DNA of 63,883 nt, filler included, from Sluysia triapertura (Eukaryota), in the NCBI GenBank assembly GCA_046118255.1. It is 5 parts of 5 records of this genome, joined end to end, with 100 filler letters (N's around TTAATTAATTAA, not from the genome) between each part and the next. Parts side by side here need not be neighbours in the genome. Positions count along the whole stretch, not along the records: positions 11,991 to 26,372 come from JBJNIA010261397.1; 4 more parts are not named here. One strand, written 5' to 3'. Positions within the stretch are counted from its first letter, which is position 1. The number at the start of each line of letters is the position of its first letter. Shown in pieces: positions 11,991 to 23,929 of this stretch. Below the pieces are notes generated by a model, which did not search any database, was not told where the DNA came from, and saw only the letters and a program-made list of their open reading frames with translations. Made by a program: the position numbers and the translations under genes.

Positions 11991-13099
11991 TGGTTCTAGA
12001 AGCTTCTTTTTTGTAATATTTTAAAATAATTGAATAATTTTAATTTTAATATAATTTAAATAATAATATTTTAAATGATTATTTTATAAATTAAAACACA
12101 TGAATAAGAAATTATATTATGTAATTATAATTCTCAAAAAATAATTTTGTTTAACAATTTTCCAAGGTCAAATATATATATATATATATGTATTAGTTTT
12201 ATTACTAATTACACATATAAAACACTGATTGGTTGTCAACATTCAAGATAGTTTGTTGTTGGTTTTTCTCTTTAAATACAATAAAACCAATTTTAGTGGT
12301 CAATTCCAATTAATTTATCAAGAAAATCTGTTTATTCTATGGAAAATTTTGTCAAGCAAAAAATATTCACGGCATCCTATCGTTAGTTTCCTTATTATAA
12401 GTTTTTAAGCAAATCAACTTAAAATATTTTTATTAACATATTCGCTATCGTTTAAATTGATAGCAAAATAAAATTTTATACTGTGTATTTATAATTAATT
12501 TTTGTAATAACACATTTATATTTTCCTAATAAAGTTTTATTTAATTGTTTTTGTTATACTTTTTAAGAATTTAAACTTCATAACGAAAGATTAGAAAAGG
12601 GTTTTACGATTTTATTTAATTTATTCCATTTAATAAGGAATAAGAGTAAAATTTTAATAAGATATTATTGGTTCTATTTAGTACAGAACGAAAGTAAATT
12701 TATTACTAAAATTGCAATTAAAATTGTTAAAAATTCTTTTAAATTTTAAAGATTCTGGTTTTATTTAATTAAAGAACCAAAGTAAAGTATTAATCATAAA
12801 CCGGTTCTTTTTTTCTAATAACCTTAGAAAAAGTACACTTAATTTAAAATTGTTGGTTCTATTTAATAAAGAATTACACTAAACTCAGTTTCCATTCAGT
12901 GAGAAACTGTATTAAAATAAACTTAAGATTTAAACATTAATTGTTAGATTTATTTAGGAAAAGCTTTTATAACATTAAAAGAAAAGTTGAATAAATAATT
13001 AAGTACTGATTCAAGAGTTAAAATAATATATTAGATAGACATCCATTAACTTAAAATTGCTTTTCCAAAAATCCTAAGGACTAGCTGTAACACGTAAGA

Positions 13100-14740
13100 C
13101 TAGGACCATATGTGTCGGAAAATTGGACATTCAAGTTCAGAAATACAGACTAGTGTTAGTAAATTTATCATAGTGACTAAAAATTTTATTCAATATAGTC
13201 CAAAATTGATCTGCGGACGATTTGATTTTAAGCCTTTTTTTGTTAATTTGTAACAAAAATTAAACCTTTTTCATTATTTTTGTATTCGTTATGTAAAATT
13301 TGAGAATAATAATAATAAATTATTTAAGTGAATTAAACACAGAAGTAATCTTTTCATTAATGAAGATTATAATAAAATTTTTCATAACAAAGTTAAGAGA
13401 TTAATAATTAGCATAATGAATAATGAATAATAATAATAATAATAAATCATAAATTCACTAATCAAACATCATCTCCTTCACAAAAATTGTGTCAAGAGTG
13501 TAAACCAACACTCTTACATTGGTTTCCATAAAAGTAATAATAAATTCAAAATCATAACAATAATTTACAAATACTTACATCACAGAAGTCTGAATATCTC
13601 TTAGAAATAATAAAAAATTTAATTCAACGCATAAAAATAGCTAACATCATCTTATAATCGTAATAGACAAAACTTAGCTTAAATTCACTTAAAACTTATC
13701 AAGTCAATATATTAATACGTTTGGTTTTGCAAGTGCTTTACTACGAAAAGGTAAAGCTTTTCCTGCAAAATACCTGGAAGCCATCCCGCCTAACGCGAAA
13801 CGGTTTATATTTGTAAGCAAAGGACGTTCTTTTAGGATTTAACTAAAGTAAAGTTGAAAACTCTTATAATCAAGATTTTTGTAATTTCTCTTTATCGTAA
13901 CTTAATTGTATATTGTGTAAACAACGGTACAGTACATCCCCGCAATTACCGACTTACGAACAAATTTAATAAGCAACTTAAGCTAGCCTTTATGGTCTAA
14001 CATTTAATTCATTTAAATTTTGATATTTTAACACTTACAAATTGAGTTGGTCGTTACAGTCTCGCGTACATTACAAGATTTTAACCATAAATCAGTAAGG
14101 AAATCTTTTAAAATCAACTAAATTATATTAACTCAAAAATCTAAAAATGATCATTTACACAAAAACAAACTAATAAGAATTTATCCGTATTTAAGAAGCG
14201 AACTTCTTAATGCTTTGTAATTTATTTTAAAATAAATTATGGTCTAGCACAAAATTTACAGATTTGAAGTAAAGTTTAATTCTTCCCTATAAAGGTAAGA
14301 TACTTATAAATATAACAAAATTACTTGAACATGGAAATTGATATCAAACAAAGTCTTCATTATAGATGTTAAAATTAATTTTATGGTCTCTATAATGAAA
14401 ATATCCTATTTATTAATTTTCATTATAGCAGCCATCAGTAATCATTTTGCTGCAGTTAAACAAAAATAATAATATTTTAATTTTAAATTCGATTTTTTTA
14501 ATATTCATAAAAATTTATTATTTTATTTAAATTTAATTCTATTTAAATATTTAAATAATAATTACAACTAAAAATAATTTAAATTTACAATTATCTTGAT
14601 TGTAATTGATAAATTTGTTGAAAGATAAGAAATTAATTTAGAAGACTTAGTTATTTACTAAATAAATTTGCTAAAGAAAGATAATACGAATTATTAGTTT
14701 GATACAGGTGAAAAGATTAATATAATAGTTTTTCGAGTAG
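13100..14740 (+). mobile_element. Highly decayed LTR-retrotransposon coding remnants
   Basis: CRKIGHSSSE knuckle-like piece (~13113); INTFGFASALLRKGKAF ... HP..ANGL integrase-core-like piece (~13700-13810); LLV/DTGEKINII protease-like piece (~14690-14727). Domain order is inconsistent with a single element. Confidence 0.3.
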
Positions 14741-16289
14741 AAGTTGTAAAAATAATTTAGAGATTTATCATTAAAATTTTAAGAAGAGTTAAAAACAGCT
14801 AAATCTTTACAATATTTAAAATATTCAAAAAACATAATTACAAGGAACGTTTCCTAATAAAGAAAGGACTAAATTTAACGATATCAGAGACACAAAGGTT
14901 TTAAGAAAATTAATCAAGAATTGCAGTAAAGAATGCAGTTAAGAGAATCTAGAAAGTTATAATTATAAAAGGAATTCAAGGCTCAAATGAGGTTCACTCG
15001 AAATGTTCATAAATTACATAAAGTGTAATAATTGAACATAAACTTGAAGAGTTTCATAGAATTTTAAATGACATATTTTGAATATAATTGTGCGACTCTG
15101 GGATCGGTAAAGCACAGATAGACCCTCACATTAAAAAGTATACGTCCAAATCTTATCGATACGTCACATTAAATATAAATCGTAGATCGTAGGCAAACCT
15201 TAAGAAATACGTATATTTGCACAATCAAATTAATAGTTAATTTTAAATAAAGAAAAACAAGTGCAGAAAGAAGATAAATGTTATGTGATAGTGAGTGTTA
15301 GACATGTAATGTATATTGCTAAAATGACCTTTTAAACCTCTTAAAACGATTAAGAAAATGACCTTTGTTATGATACTGATTATTTATTATAAACGTTTAT
15401 TAACTAGTAATGGTTATTATTTGTTAATATTATGTGAAACTATTTTACATTTGAATTTTTATTAAATCTGGATTTTTGAAAACATTTGAATTTTTGGAAA
15501 TAATTATTGTTTCACTTTAAAGTAAGACATTGTTAAAATTTTAATTAAAAATTATAATAATTAAACTAACATAATAAATACATTCTAATAATTTCAATTA
15601 ATTTTAAATAATTTGTTTTAATAGACTAAATTTTAAAATTTTTGTTTCAATCTGACCTTCAGATTAAACAGGTAGAAAATAAATCTTAAATTTCTCAAAC
15701 AATTAACAATTTTGTTTTCAATTTTGTAACGAATTGTTAATTTTTAAAAAGATTTTATTCAAGAATCGCGTTTCCAGATACAGTTGAATTTCTCTTGTAT
15801 CACTTTAGTTTAATTATTTTAAGGTCTGATACCTTTGTGTATCATACGCAAAATCTAACTTAAAATATTTTGTTAATGTTTTGAATCTTATAATAGATTC
15901 AATATATAATATCTGATAAATTCATTTGATTGTTTTTGATTTTAATGTTACGAAGTTAAAATAAGTAAATTATTATTGTATCGTACGTTATTGATTCATC
16001 GTTTTTTCATAATAAATTTTTAAAGGAAATTATTTATTATTTAAGTTACACAGTTTTAAAATCTTTAAAATCCGTGACAAAATTGTTTTCAACAAATTGG
16101 AATTTAAGTCCAATAACGAAAAATATTATTTAGATTCCATTTCAAGGAATCAACGAAAAATCATGTAATTAACGTTATTACTTTTGAGAAAATAATTTAA
16201 TTAATATCTTTGATAAAACATTAAAAACTTACCTCCAGATAGTTAAAGATAAAACATTTCTTTTAGCATCATTCCACACTCTTATTCTC

Positions 16290-16380
16290 AAATCCAACTA
16301 CTGGCCTTAACCGGTAAGTCCATTACGTTGGTGAACTCACAATTTTAATTTAATCTTTATTCTACTGTACCTTTCTCACA
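16290..16380 (+). repeat. LTR 3'-end fragment related to the 46.8-47.6 kb LTR (weaker copy at 16740-16790)
   Basis: TCCAACTACTGGCCTTAACCGGTAAGTCCATTACGTTGGTGAACTCAC...TTTCTCACA vs TCCAACGACTGGCCCTAACTGGTAAGTCCAGTACATTGGTGAACTCAC...TTTCTCACA (47467-47561). Confidence 0.75.
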
Positions 16381-16954
16381 ATATTTTACTCATATAAATT
16401 AAAATTCAGCAAATTATTATTAAAGGAATAATAATAACAATAATAATAATAATATTAATCTAAATATTGATACTATAAAATTTACTTTTGAGTTCTTTTA
16501 ATACTGTTTTTTAACGAGACCTTCTTATTTTATTGTAGTTAATTATACTATTAATATTTATCTTTTAGTTAATAAATATATTTGAAAAGTTATTTGTTAT
16601 CATTAAAATAGTAAAAATTATTATGCCTAATTAGGAAGTTTTACATGAAAACCTTACAAAATTTCTTAAAATGAAGTGAATTAGAAAAAACGTATAAAAT
16701 CTCTTTGACATCCAACCATCTTCACGCTGCAAAATCTATGTGCTGGCCCTTTAGTGAGTAACTCCAGTATCATAGAGAACTCACCCTAAAATGTATAAAC
16801 AATAACAAAAGAAAATAAAATAATTTCTATATAACCAACGTAATATATAATCTAAATTTTTACATATTAAAACTAGAGAAAGACTGTGCCACAAATTATA
16901 ACCTTAACCTATATAAACCAAAGTTTTATATATATAAACTATCACAACTTTCAA

Positions 16955-18400
16955 AATACCTTTGAGGGTATTGAGACCCTTATAAAGACTTAAATAATGT
17001 TGGAAGAGATGTCTTGAAGTATGAAGATATCTTTGAACTTCTGAACCTTGAAATCATTTGAAACCATGTTGATCTTTTGGAACCTTTGAAGACTTTTGGA
17101 CCTTCGAGCAACTTTGTAAAATGTTTGGAACCTTAAAATGTTCAAGAATTAAAGAATTAAAATAATATTAAATATAAATTTGATACATTAATATGTTGGG
17201 ATTGCCAACTTTGGATTAAGAGACGAGCAAAAGACATAGAATTACAAATGAAGGAAGAATTGATGAGATGTAACAGATGAAGTATTATAAACATTGTTGT
17301 AATAAGAATCATGAAAGAGAAAACATTTATAATAATCTTAACAGTTAAAGAATATCTTAAGGTTCCAAAGACCTATATAAGGGTTTGAGACCTTAAGGAA
17401 GTTTGAGATGGACTTGAAAATCCTTTAGAAGCATTAAGGTACCTTTAGAACTTTAGAACCTTTAGGTCATTTGAGATCTTATTAACCTTTGAATATTCTT
17501 GAAAACTTGATGAGCATCTAAGATCTTCGAGCAATTTCGTAAAGTGTATGAAATCTTCGAAATGATTGAGAAATAAAATCTTTGCTCAAAATAATAAAGA
17601 TAAGTTTAACATAGTAATAATTAGCATGAAGAGGTAGACAAAGGAATCAGAGAGGTGAAGGTGAAAACATCCAGAGCCTCCTGAGTTTCTTAAAAACTAT
17701 CAAATAACTTTAAAACTTCAATAAAACCTTTAAACATAGAATAAGATTAAGTCTAAAAATAGATTAATTAATTAAAAAAATTAATTAAGAAAAAGTACGT
17801 TTTTGTGAATAACTTTTGAATGCAGAATGCTATGTTGAATTTGAAAATGTTTATGTATTTGTTTTGAAAAGACCTTTCGATGAAGGTATGGTTTGACCGA
17901 GTTCAAGAAAGGAAAGTCTTAATATTGATCAAAGTCAGATTTTAATTAATTTTTAATTATGGAATGTTGAATCTTTAATACTTAGAATGATGCAAATGTG
18001 ATGAATGGAATATGAGATGATTGCTATAAAAGAGGAGAATCTATAAGTGAGTTCGAAATGGTTGTAAAATGGTTCGTTCGAGAATAAGAACTTTAAACAT
18101 TTTCCATAAGAAAATCGGATGTGAAAAACCGAAAATTAATTAAATTCTAAAAAGTGAAATTAAATTCATTATTTTTCATGTACGTTAACGAAAAAAATGA
18201 TTGTTATTTTAATGTGAGAAGTAATTTAAGTAAAAGTAGATTTAGTAAGGTAAAGGAAAATAATATATGATCATAAATTAAATTTTTATGTTTCATTCCT
18301 AATAACGTTTGACACACCTTACCATGTAATTGACAAAGTTTTATAGTAGGTTTTATTTCTCAAAGTGATTGGGTGATGAGAGAATATAAAAGAGGAAATA
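16955..18400 (+). repeat. Longest copy of repeat family R1, with an internal duplication
   Basis: 16960-17160 resembles 17340-17580; whole unit matches 8560-9140 plus 10130-10600; no ORF. Confidence 0.7.
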
Positions 18401-19204
18401 CTTGAAAGATTTAATCGGTAATATAAATTTTATGTCTAAATGAGAAGAACCATGTTTTAAGTAATTTTTGAATTTATTTTATTTTATTATTTTATTAATT
18501 AAAATAATGTTACTTTTGGGGGAATTTTATTAAATAGTTTTTTTTGGAAATTTATATTTGTATACTATTAGTAAAAAGTGAGTTACGTCACCTCTGGTTT
18601 TCATTTTATTTCTATTTTTTAATTTTTCTTATTTTATTTTTAATTACTGTTAGGTGACAATAATTTTGAATATTATACTGATAATAGTAAAAATAGGTAA
18701 TTTGAAAAAAACTGATTGGAATTATTTGCTTTTATTTCCCTATTATTGTAATTACGTTATATTGAATATAATTAACTTTGTATCTTTTTATTTTAGTCAT
18801 TTTAAAATTGTAATGAAGGAACTAAGACACATTTGATAGTAGTTAGGAGTCATTAAAGTAACAAATTGATTTGCATTTAGGTAAAGAAAATTCTTTCTGA
18901 GAATTTTTATTAGACTTTAACAATTGTAAAATTCATTAAGATTTTAATTTAAGTTTATTTCACTATTAAATTATTGTTATAATAACATTTTGGAATCAAC
19001 GTGGATTCTGATTGAATGTGAAATATATTTTATGGGTTTCGAGCAACCCATAATTCTACAGTTACCATTTGCAAAAATAAACAATTGATAATCTTTTAAT
19101 TTGTTTGCAAACTCTTTTTCACATCAAAATCATCATAAACGTAACAATTATACGTCTTCGCAAAATGATGCCAGGCTAAAAAACAAGCGAATTGAACAAA
19201 CAAA

Positions 19205-20120
19205 TCTATTGCAACGATAATAATAAAGATAACGATAATAATAAAAATAATGATGATTATAATTATTTTAAAAATTATAGTTAAAATAATTTTAATAACA
19301 ATTGTATTTCTAATCATAATAATAGTAACAGTTTTAATAGTTTTAATATCAATAACAATGATTTTTGCAATTTTAATAATAATAACGATAATGATAATGT
19401 TTATGATGATAATGCTTATAATAATAATATTGATGAAAATAATAGTAGTTTAATAACAATAGTAGTTATAATAACAATGATAATAGTGATAATAATAATT
19501 ATAATAATAATAGTTATAGTAATGATTATGATAATAATGATAATAATAACAGTAATGATAATAACGGTAACAACGGTGACTATAATAACAAAAATAACAA
19601 TAACAATGATAATAGTAATGATAATAATGACAACAACACGAATAATAGCAATTACGGTGATAATAATGATGATAATAACGACAATAGTAATAATAATAAT
19701 AATAATAATGACAATAACAATAACGATGATAATAGTTAGGATCCTAACAACGACGAAAATCATAATAACAATGATAATAATAATAATAATGACATAAGTA
19801 ATAATAATGATAATGATGATAATAATTATAATAATGATAATAATAATTGCAATGATAATCATGGTCATAATAACGACAATGATGATAATAAAGACCATGA
19901 TCACGAGTATGACAACGATAATAAAGATAATTATAATAATGATCTTAATAATAACCATACTGATAACAATAATAATAATATTTATAATAATATTTATATA
20001 AATATTATAACAATAATAATAATAATAATAATAATAATATTTATAATAATTGCGATTGTAATAATGATAATTAAGATAACAGTAACAATGATAATGATAG
20101 TTGTGATGACAATAATCATA
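19205..20120. repeat. ~0.9 kb degenerate (AAT/GAT/AAC)n low-complexity array
   Basis: Triplet-periodic sequence that produces the Ile-rich spurious ORFs in the track. Confidence 0.95.
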
Positions 20121-20734
20121 AACTTGGCTCGAAACACAACATCATTCATCATATACTCATTAAGTATACACAACATAAAATACACGTCTACAAAACAGCC
20201 ACAAACTACATAGTAGTCATGATATCACCATACATAACAACACCACAAAGAAGCACGCACCAAACTATCAGACACAGAAACACAGAAACATACGTAACCT
20301 TAAATTTAACCCCGCATACAAAGTTAATTCGTTGATTACAACACCCGAACCAACAACGAGGGTTTAAACGTGGCATCTATTTACGCGACACACTTAAACA
20401 ACCAAACCCGATTATTAAAATATCTTTATTCAATCATTCACGAAATTCTTGACGAAGCAACGAGAACAAATCAATATCACCAAGAAGGCATCCAAAGATC
20501 ATATAGACTAGTCAACCGACCAAGAGAGCATAAGTCTGCCGACTGTCAAACAGATTTTGAACAAACAGAACTAAAAGCCGGATAACATTAAAATCAAGAA
20601 CAATCTAGGAATAGAAGCCCCAGACAAAGTTCGTCAGATGGATAGAACGAGCACAATGGAAGAAATTGAACAATAAGATGAGCCCTGAATTAAACAAGAT
20701 AGCGACCACACCGGCCAAGTCAAATGGAAAAAGG

Positions 20735-20935
20735 TAATAAATAACCAGTATTACTTATCCCTTTAATTACACAGGCGAAATCAGCCGTTCCCTGTAAACA
20801 AGATTATAATCATTGCGAACAAATAACTTACGTGCACCCAAAAATCTGTGCACGCCCCTTATAAATCCATGAAACAAACTAACAGGAGTAAAAATAATAA
20901 AAATAAACAAAATAATTGGCCTGCAGGTTCCAACA
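20735..20935 (+). repeat. Putative ~200-bp LTR between a purine tract and the PBS
   Basis: GGAAAAAGG at 20726-20734, TATAAA at ~20860, AATAAA at ~20902, terminal CA at 20934-20935 then TGG; the initial TG is missing. Confidence 0.5.
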
Positions 20936-21027
20936 TGGTGGGACAAAGGCTTACAAATATCTCAAGCCTGCAACAATAGCATAAGGAAAAAGATCTTTGG
21001 ACTAATAGAGTCCTAGCCCCTCAAACA

Positions 21028-22125
21028 TTGCTAAAACAAAATTCTATCAATATTAAAATAAAATGTTTAACCTGTAGTTTCAATATCACTGTCACAGTGG
21101 ATCCAGACAGGAATGCAGCTATCTTGAATGATATTTCGCATCGCATGCAAACCTGGTTCCTCCATAATTTTCAGCCACTGAGGACAAATCGTAGATTCCA
21201 ACAGCACGGTATCAAGAATGGAGTTACTATAAAAATTGAACGCAAGCTCCTGGGCAGAAGCGATTATCACCCAACCATCAAGGAAGAAAAGCCAGTGAAA
21301 TCAGAAATAAATGCTAGCGAAGCACTTTCACCAGTAAATTTCTTCCTCTACAGTAATGGCAACCCTAACACCTGGCTATTACTATTAGAAGCAGACTTAA
21401 AATCACACAATATAAATAATGAAACGAAAAAATTAACATCGCTGCCCCAGGACTTACTGGTCATAATAAGTCCTAAAATAAACATGTTTGGAAGTAATCA
21501 AGCCATTTGATGAATTAAAAGACCTCATCCTGAAGCACTATAGCCCCAACATCAACTAGCTCTTTTAGCATTATTTCAAAAACCAATCGATAAGGTTGCT
21601 CAAACCTTCCAAATTTCTCAAGAAGATCTAGAATGATCTAGGGTCAATACAGAAGAGAACTGATACGTTCTGAACCAACTACTTCTCTAGTTCAATTAAT
21701 CCTTTCTGGAAGCTTGGATGATAAAATTGAAAATCTGGCGATTCTCGCAGATGGGATAATCGTCAACTGAGAGAATTTTCTTTCTGACCATTACAATAGA
21801 ACTCTCGCCACAATAGGCACGGCTAGCGAAGTCGTGAACTACACAAATCGAGGAGTTGACAAATGCAGTAGCTACATTGACTACCAACAAATATCCAAAC
21901 AGGACCAGGAGCAGCAGATATCCTAGACAATCAAGATCCCCTCGTCGTGTGAGTTCATTCAATGGGATCTGTTACTATCACCAGAGGTTCCAGAACAAAT
22001 CAAAATGCTGCTTGTCAGGATGCAAATTCCCTAACAAGAAACTAAACTTTCAAATAAAGGATTTATGCGTTTATCACGCACATTTCAAGAATGTAGCTTG
22101 CAAGTGCATCGGTTACAGCAGCTAA
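21028..22125 (+). pseudogene. Gypsy gag with N-terminal ubiquitin-like segment and duplicated CxxH/C motif
   Basis: INIKIKCLTCSFNITVTVDPD...HGIKNGVTIKIERKLLGR precedes the Gag motif F.....NPNTWLLLLEA; CYYHQRFQNKSKCCLSGC and CVYHAHFKNVACKC near the end. Confidence 0.7.
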
Positions 22126-23929
22126 ACCGATTGAAATGGCATATCTTTAAATATTTACAATGCCGGACTCAATTCTAATTTTTAATTGACACAAATGCAG
22201 CAGTATCCGTAATTCCTAACACGTTACGTAAGAAAATACCTCAACCCATACAATATCTAACAGCAAATGGAATTTGATAATAGCTGCAGTTCATCAACCA
22301 ATACTTGGAGCCTATTTCTTCGACAACTACGAAGTCATAGTAGACTGCAAAAATAAAACGTTAATCAATCTAAATATTCTCACCAATACCACCAAATCCA
22401 GGTACACTCAGAAGACCGCAGTGCCAACACCTTTCGGCTTATTCATCTAGAATGCCATTCGGTCTTCGAAATGCTGCCCGAGACCTTCCAAAGGCATATA
22501 GATCATATCCTGCAAGGTCTGCCATTGGTTGTCGATGATATCATTATCGCATGAATTGATGAGAGCTCACATAAAGAACATTTAGACCAGGTTTTCAACT
22601 GCTGGCAGAAAATAACCTAATAATCAAATCGAAGAAATGCCAATGTTTTCAATCCAAAATTGCATTTCTAGGCCATACAGAAGCAATAAGGAACTTCCCA
22701 AACGGTCATACAGATGCGAAGTTTCCTTGGCCTCGTCAATTATTGCCGCATATTCTTACCGAAACTTTGCGAAATATTAGGGCCTTTAACTGTTTTGTCA
22801 TCAGGAAAGAAAATTCAAGCAATAAACTGGAATGAAACATCACTATCAATATTTCTGCAAATTAAAGATCATATTGCACAAGTGCAAATTTTATATTAAC
22901 AACTGATACACAAAACATCGCAGTTGGAGCAATGCTAACACAATATCAAAATTGAATTCTATTTCCACAATTTATTAAATTTTCAAATGCGCTATTCTGC
23001 GTTCGATCGCGAACTATTAGCAGAAAAACACTTTGAATAATTGTTTATGCCAGTCAAATTTACTCTTCGAATGGACCACAAGCCTTTTTTCACTTTTTCA
23101 ATAAAAAATCCGTCATCACCACAATAAAGGCCTGTCGTAATTCAATTTCGATATTCAACACATCCATGGACAGGAAAATGTGGTCGCTGTTGCCTTATCG
23201 CGAGTTGGAATCAGCAGTACTGAATTCCAAACAATATTCACGATCTAAGACTTAAAAGGTTATCCTCATTCAGCAGAAGATTTATCTAGCTTCTCTTCAA
23301 CACCAATGCTACGAGGAGTTTATTTTGATCATCAGTTATCGGGAACTTTGAGACCAGTTCTTGGTCCAACCCTGAGAATCGAAGTGTTTGAGTTTATCCA
23401 ATAATACAACTTATTCAGGGGCAAAATCTATATATGAAGTACTAAAATCCAAGGTGATTTAGCCTTTCATGCGGAAAGATGTCAAAAATCATGTCTAACC
23501 TGTCAGGTAGTGAAAACACTTTAGGGGTTTTATATCTTTGTGTAATTGACACCAATTTAGGGTGTTTAAGATTTTGTGTAATGAATGCGGATTTAAATGA
23601 TAGTTGTTTCCATATGAAAAGGAAAATTTTAAAGTTTTAAATATTATCTTTATATATCGCAATAGTATTAAATTAAAATTATAGCGTCCGAGTGGTGATA
23701 CTTTAATATCATTCATTAGGTTGCAATATCTAAACTTAACAATTTGGTTATTAAAGGTAGTATAAACTATTAATTTGTTTTTTATTCTATCAAAGTTGAA
23801 TTTTAAGTTATTCTACAAGTCTTTATCAATCAAAAATTACTAAATAGACAAAAACTATTATTTATTAAATTGTAGAAAACTATAGAATTATACTTAATAA
23901 GTTTCAAAGTTTTATATAAAATTTTGTTC

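Larger units (their letters stand above)
20340..23507 (+). mobile_element. Decayed Ty3/Gypsy LTR retrotransposon (gag-PR-RT-RH-IN N-terminus), truncated at ~23507
   Basis: CAACA|TGGTGGGAC LTR/PBS junction at 20935/20936; Gag NPNTWLLLLEA and CYYHQRF..C...C; FLIDTNAAVSVIP (~22180); KTAVPTPFGLF, MPFGLRNAA, DDIIIA (22412-22550); RYSAFDRELLA, DHKP, ENVVAVALSR; integrase H2C2 ending RKDVKNHV*TCQ; many stops, frameshifts and deletions. Confidence 0.92.

Noticed and set aside
12225-12240. CTGATTGGTTGTCAAC as another cassette head (also CCAATCA at ~26927)
   Set aside because: Isolated CCAAT-type motifs with no partner arm; likely generic promoter elements or chance.
19096-20185. Ile-rich ORFs on both strands
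   Set aside because: Translation artefacts of the (AAT)n-like array.
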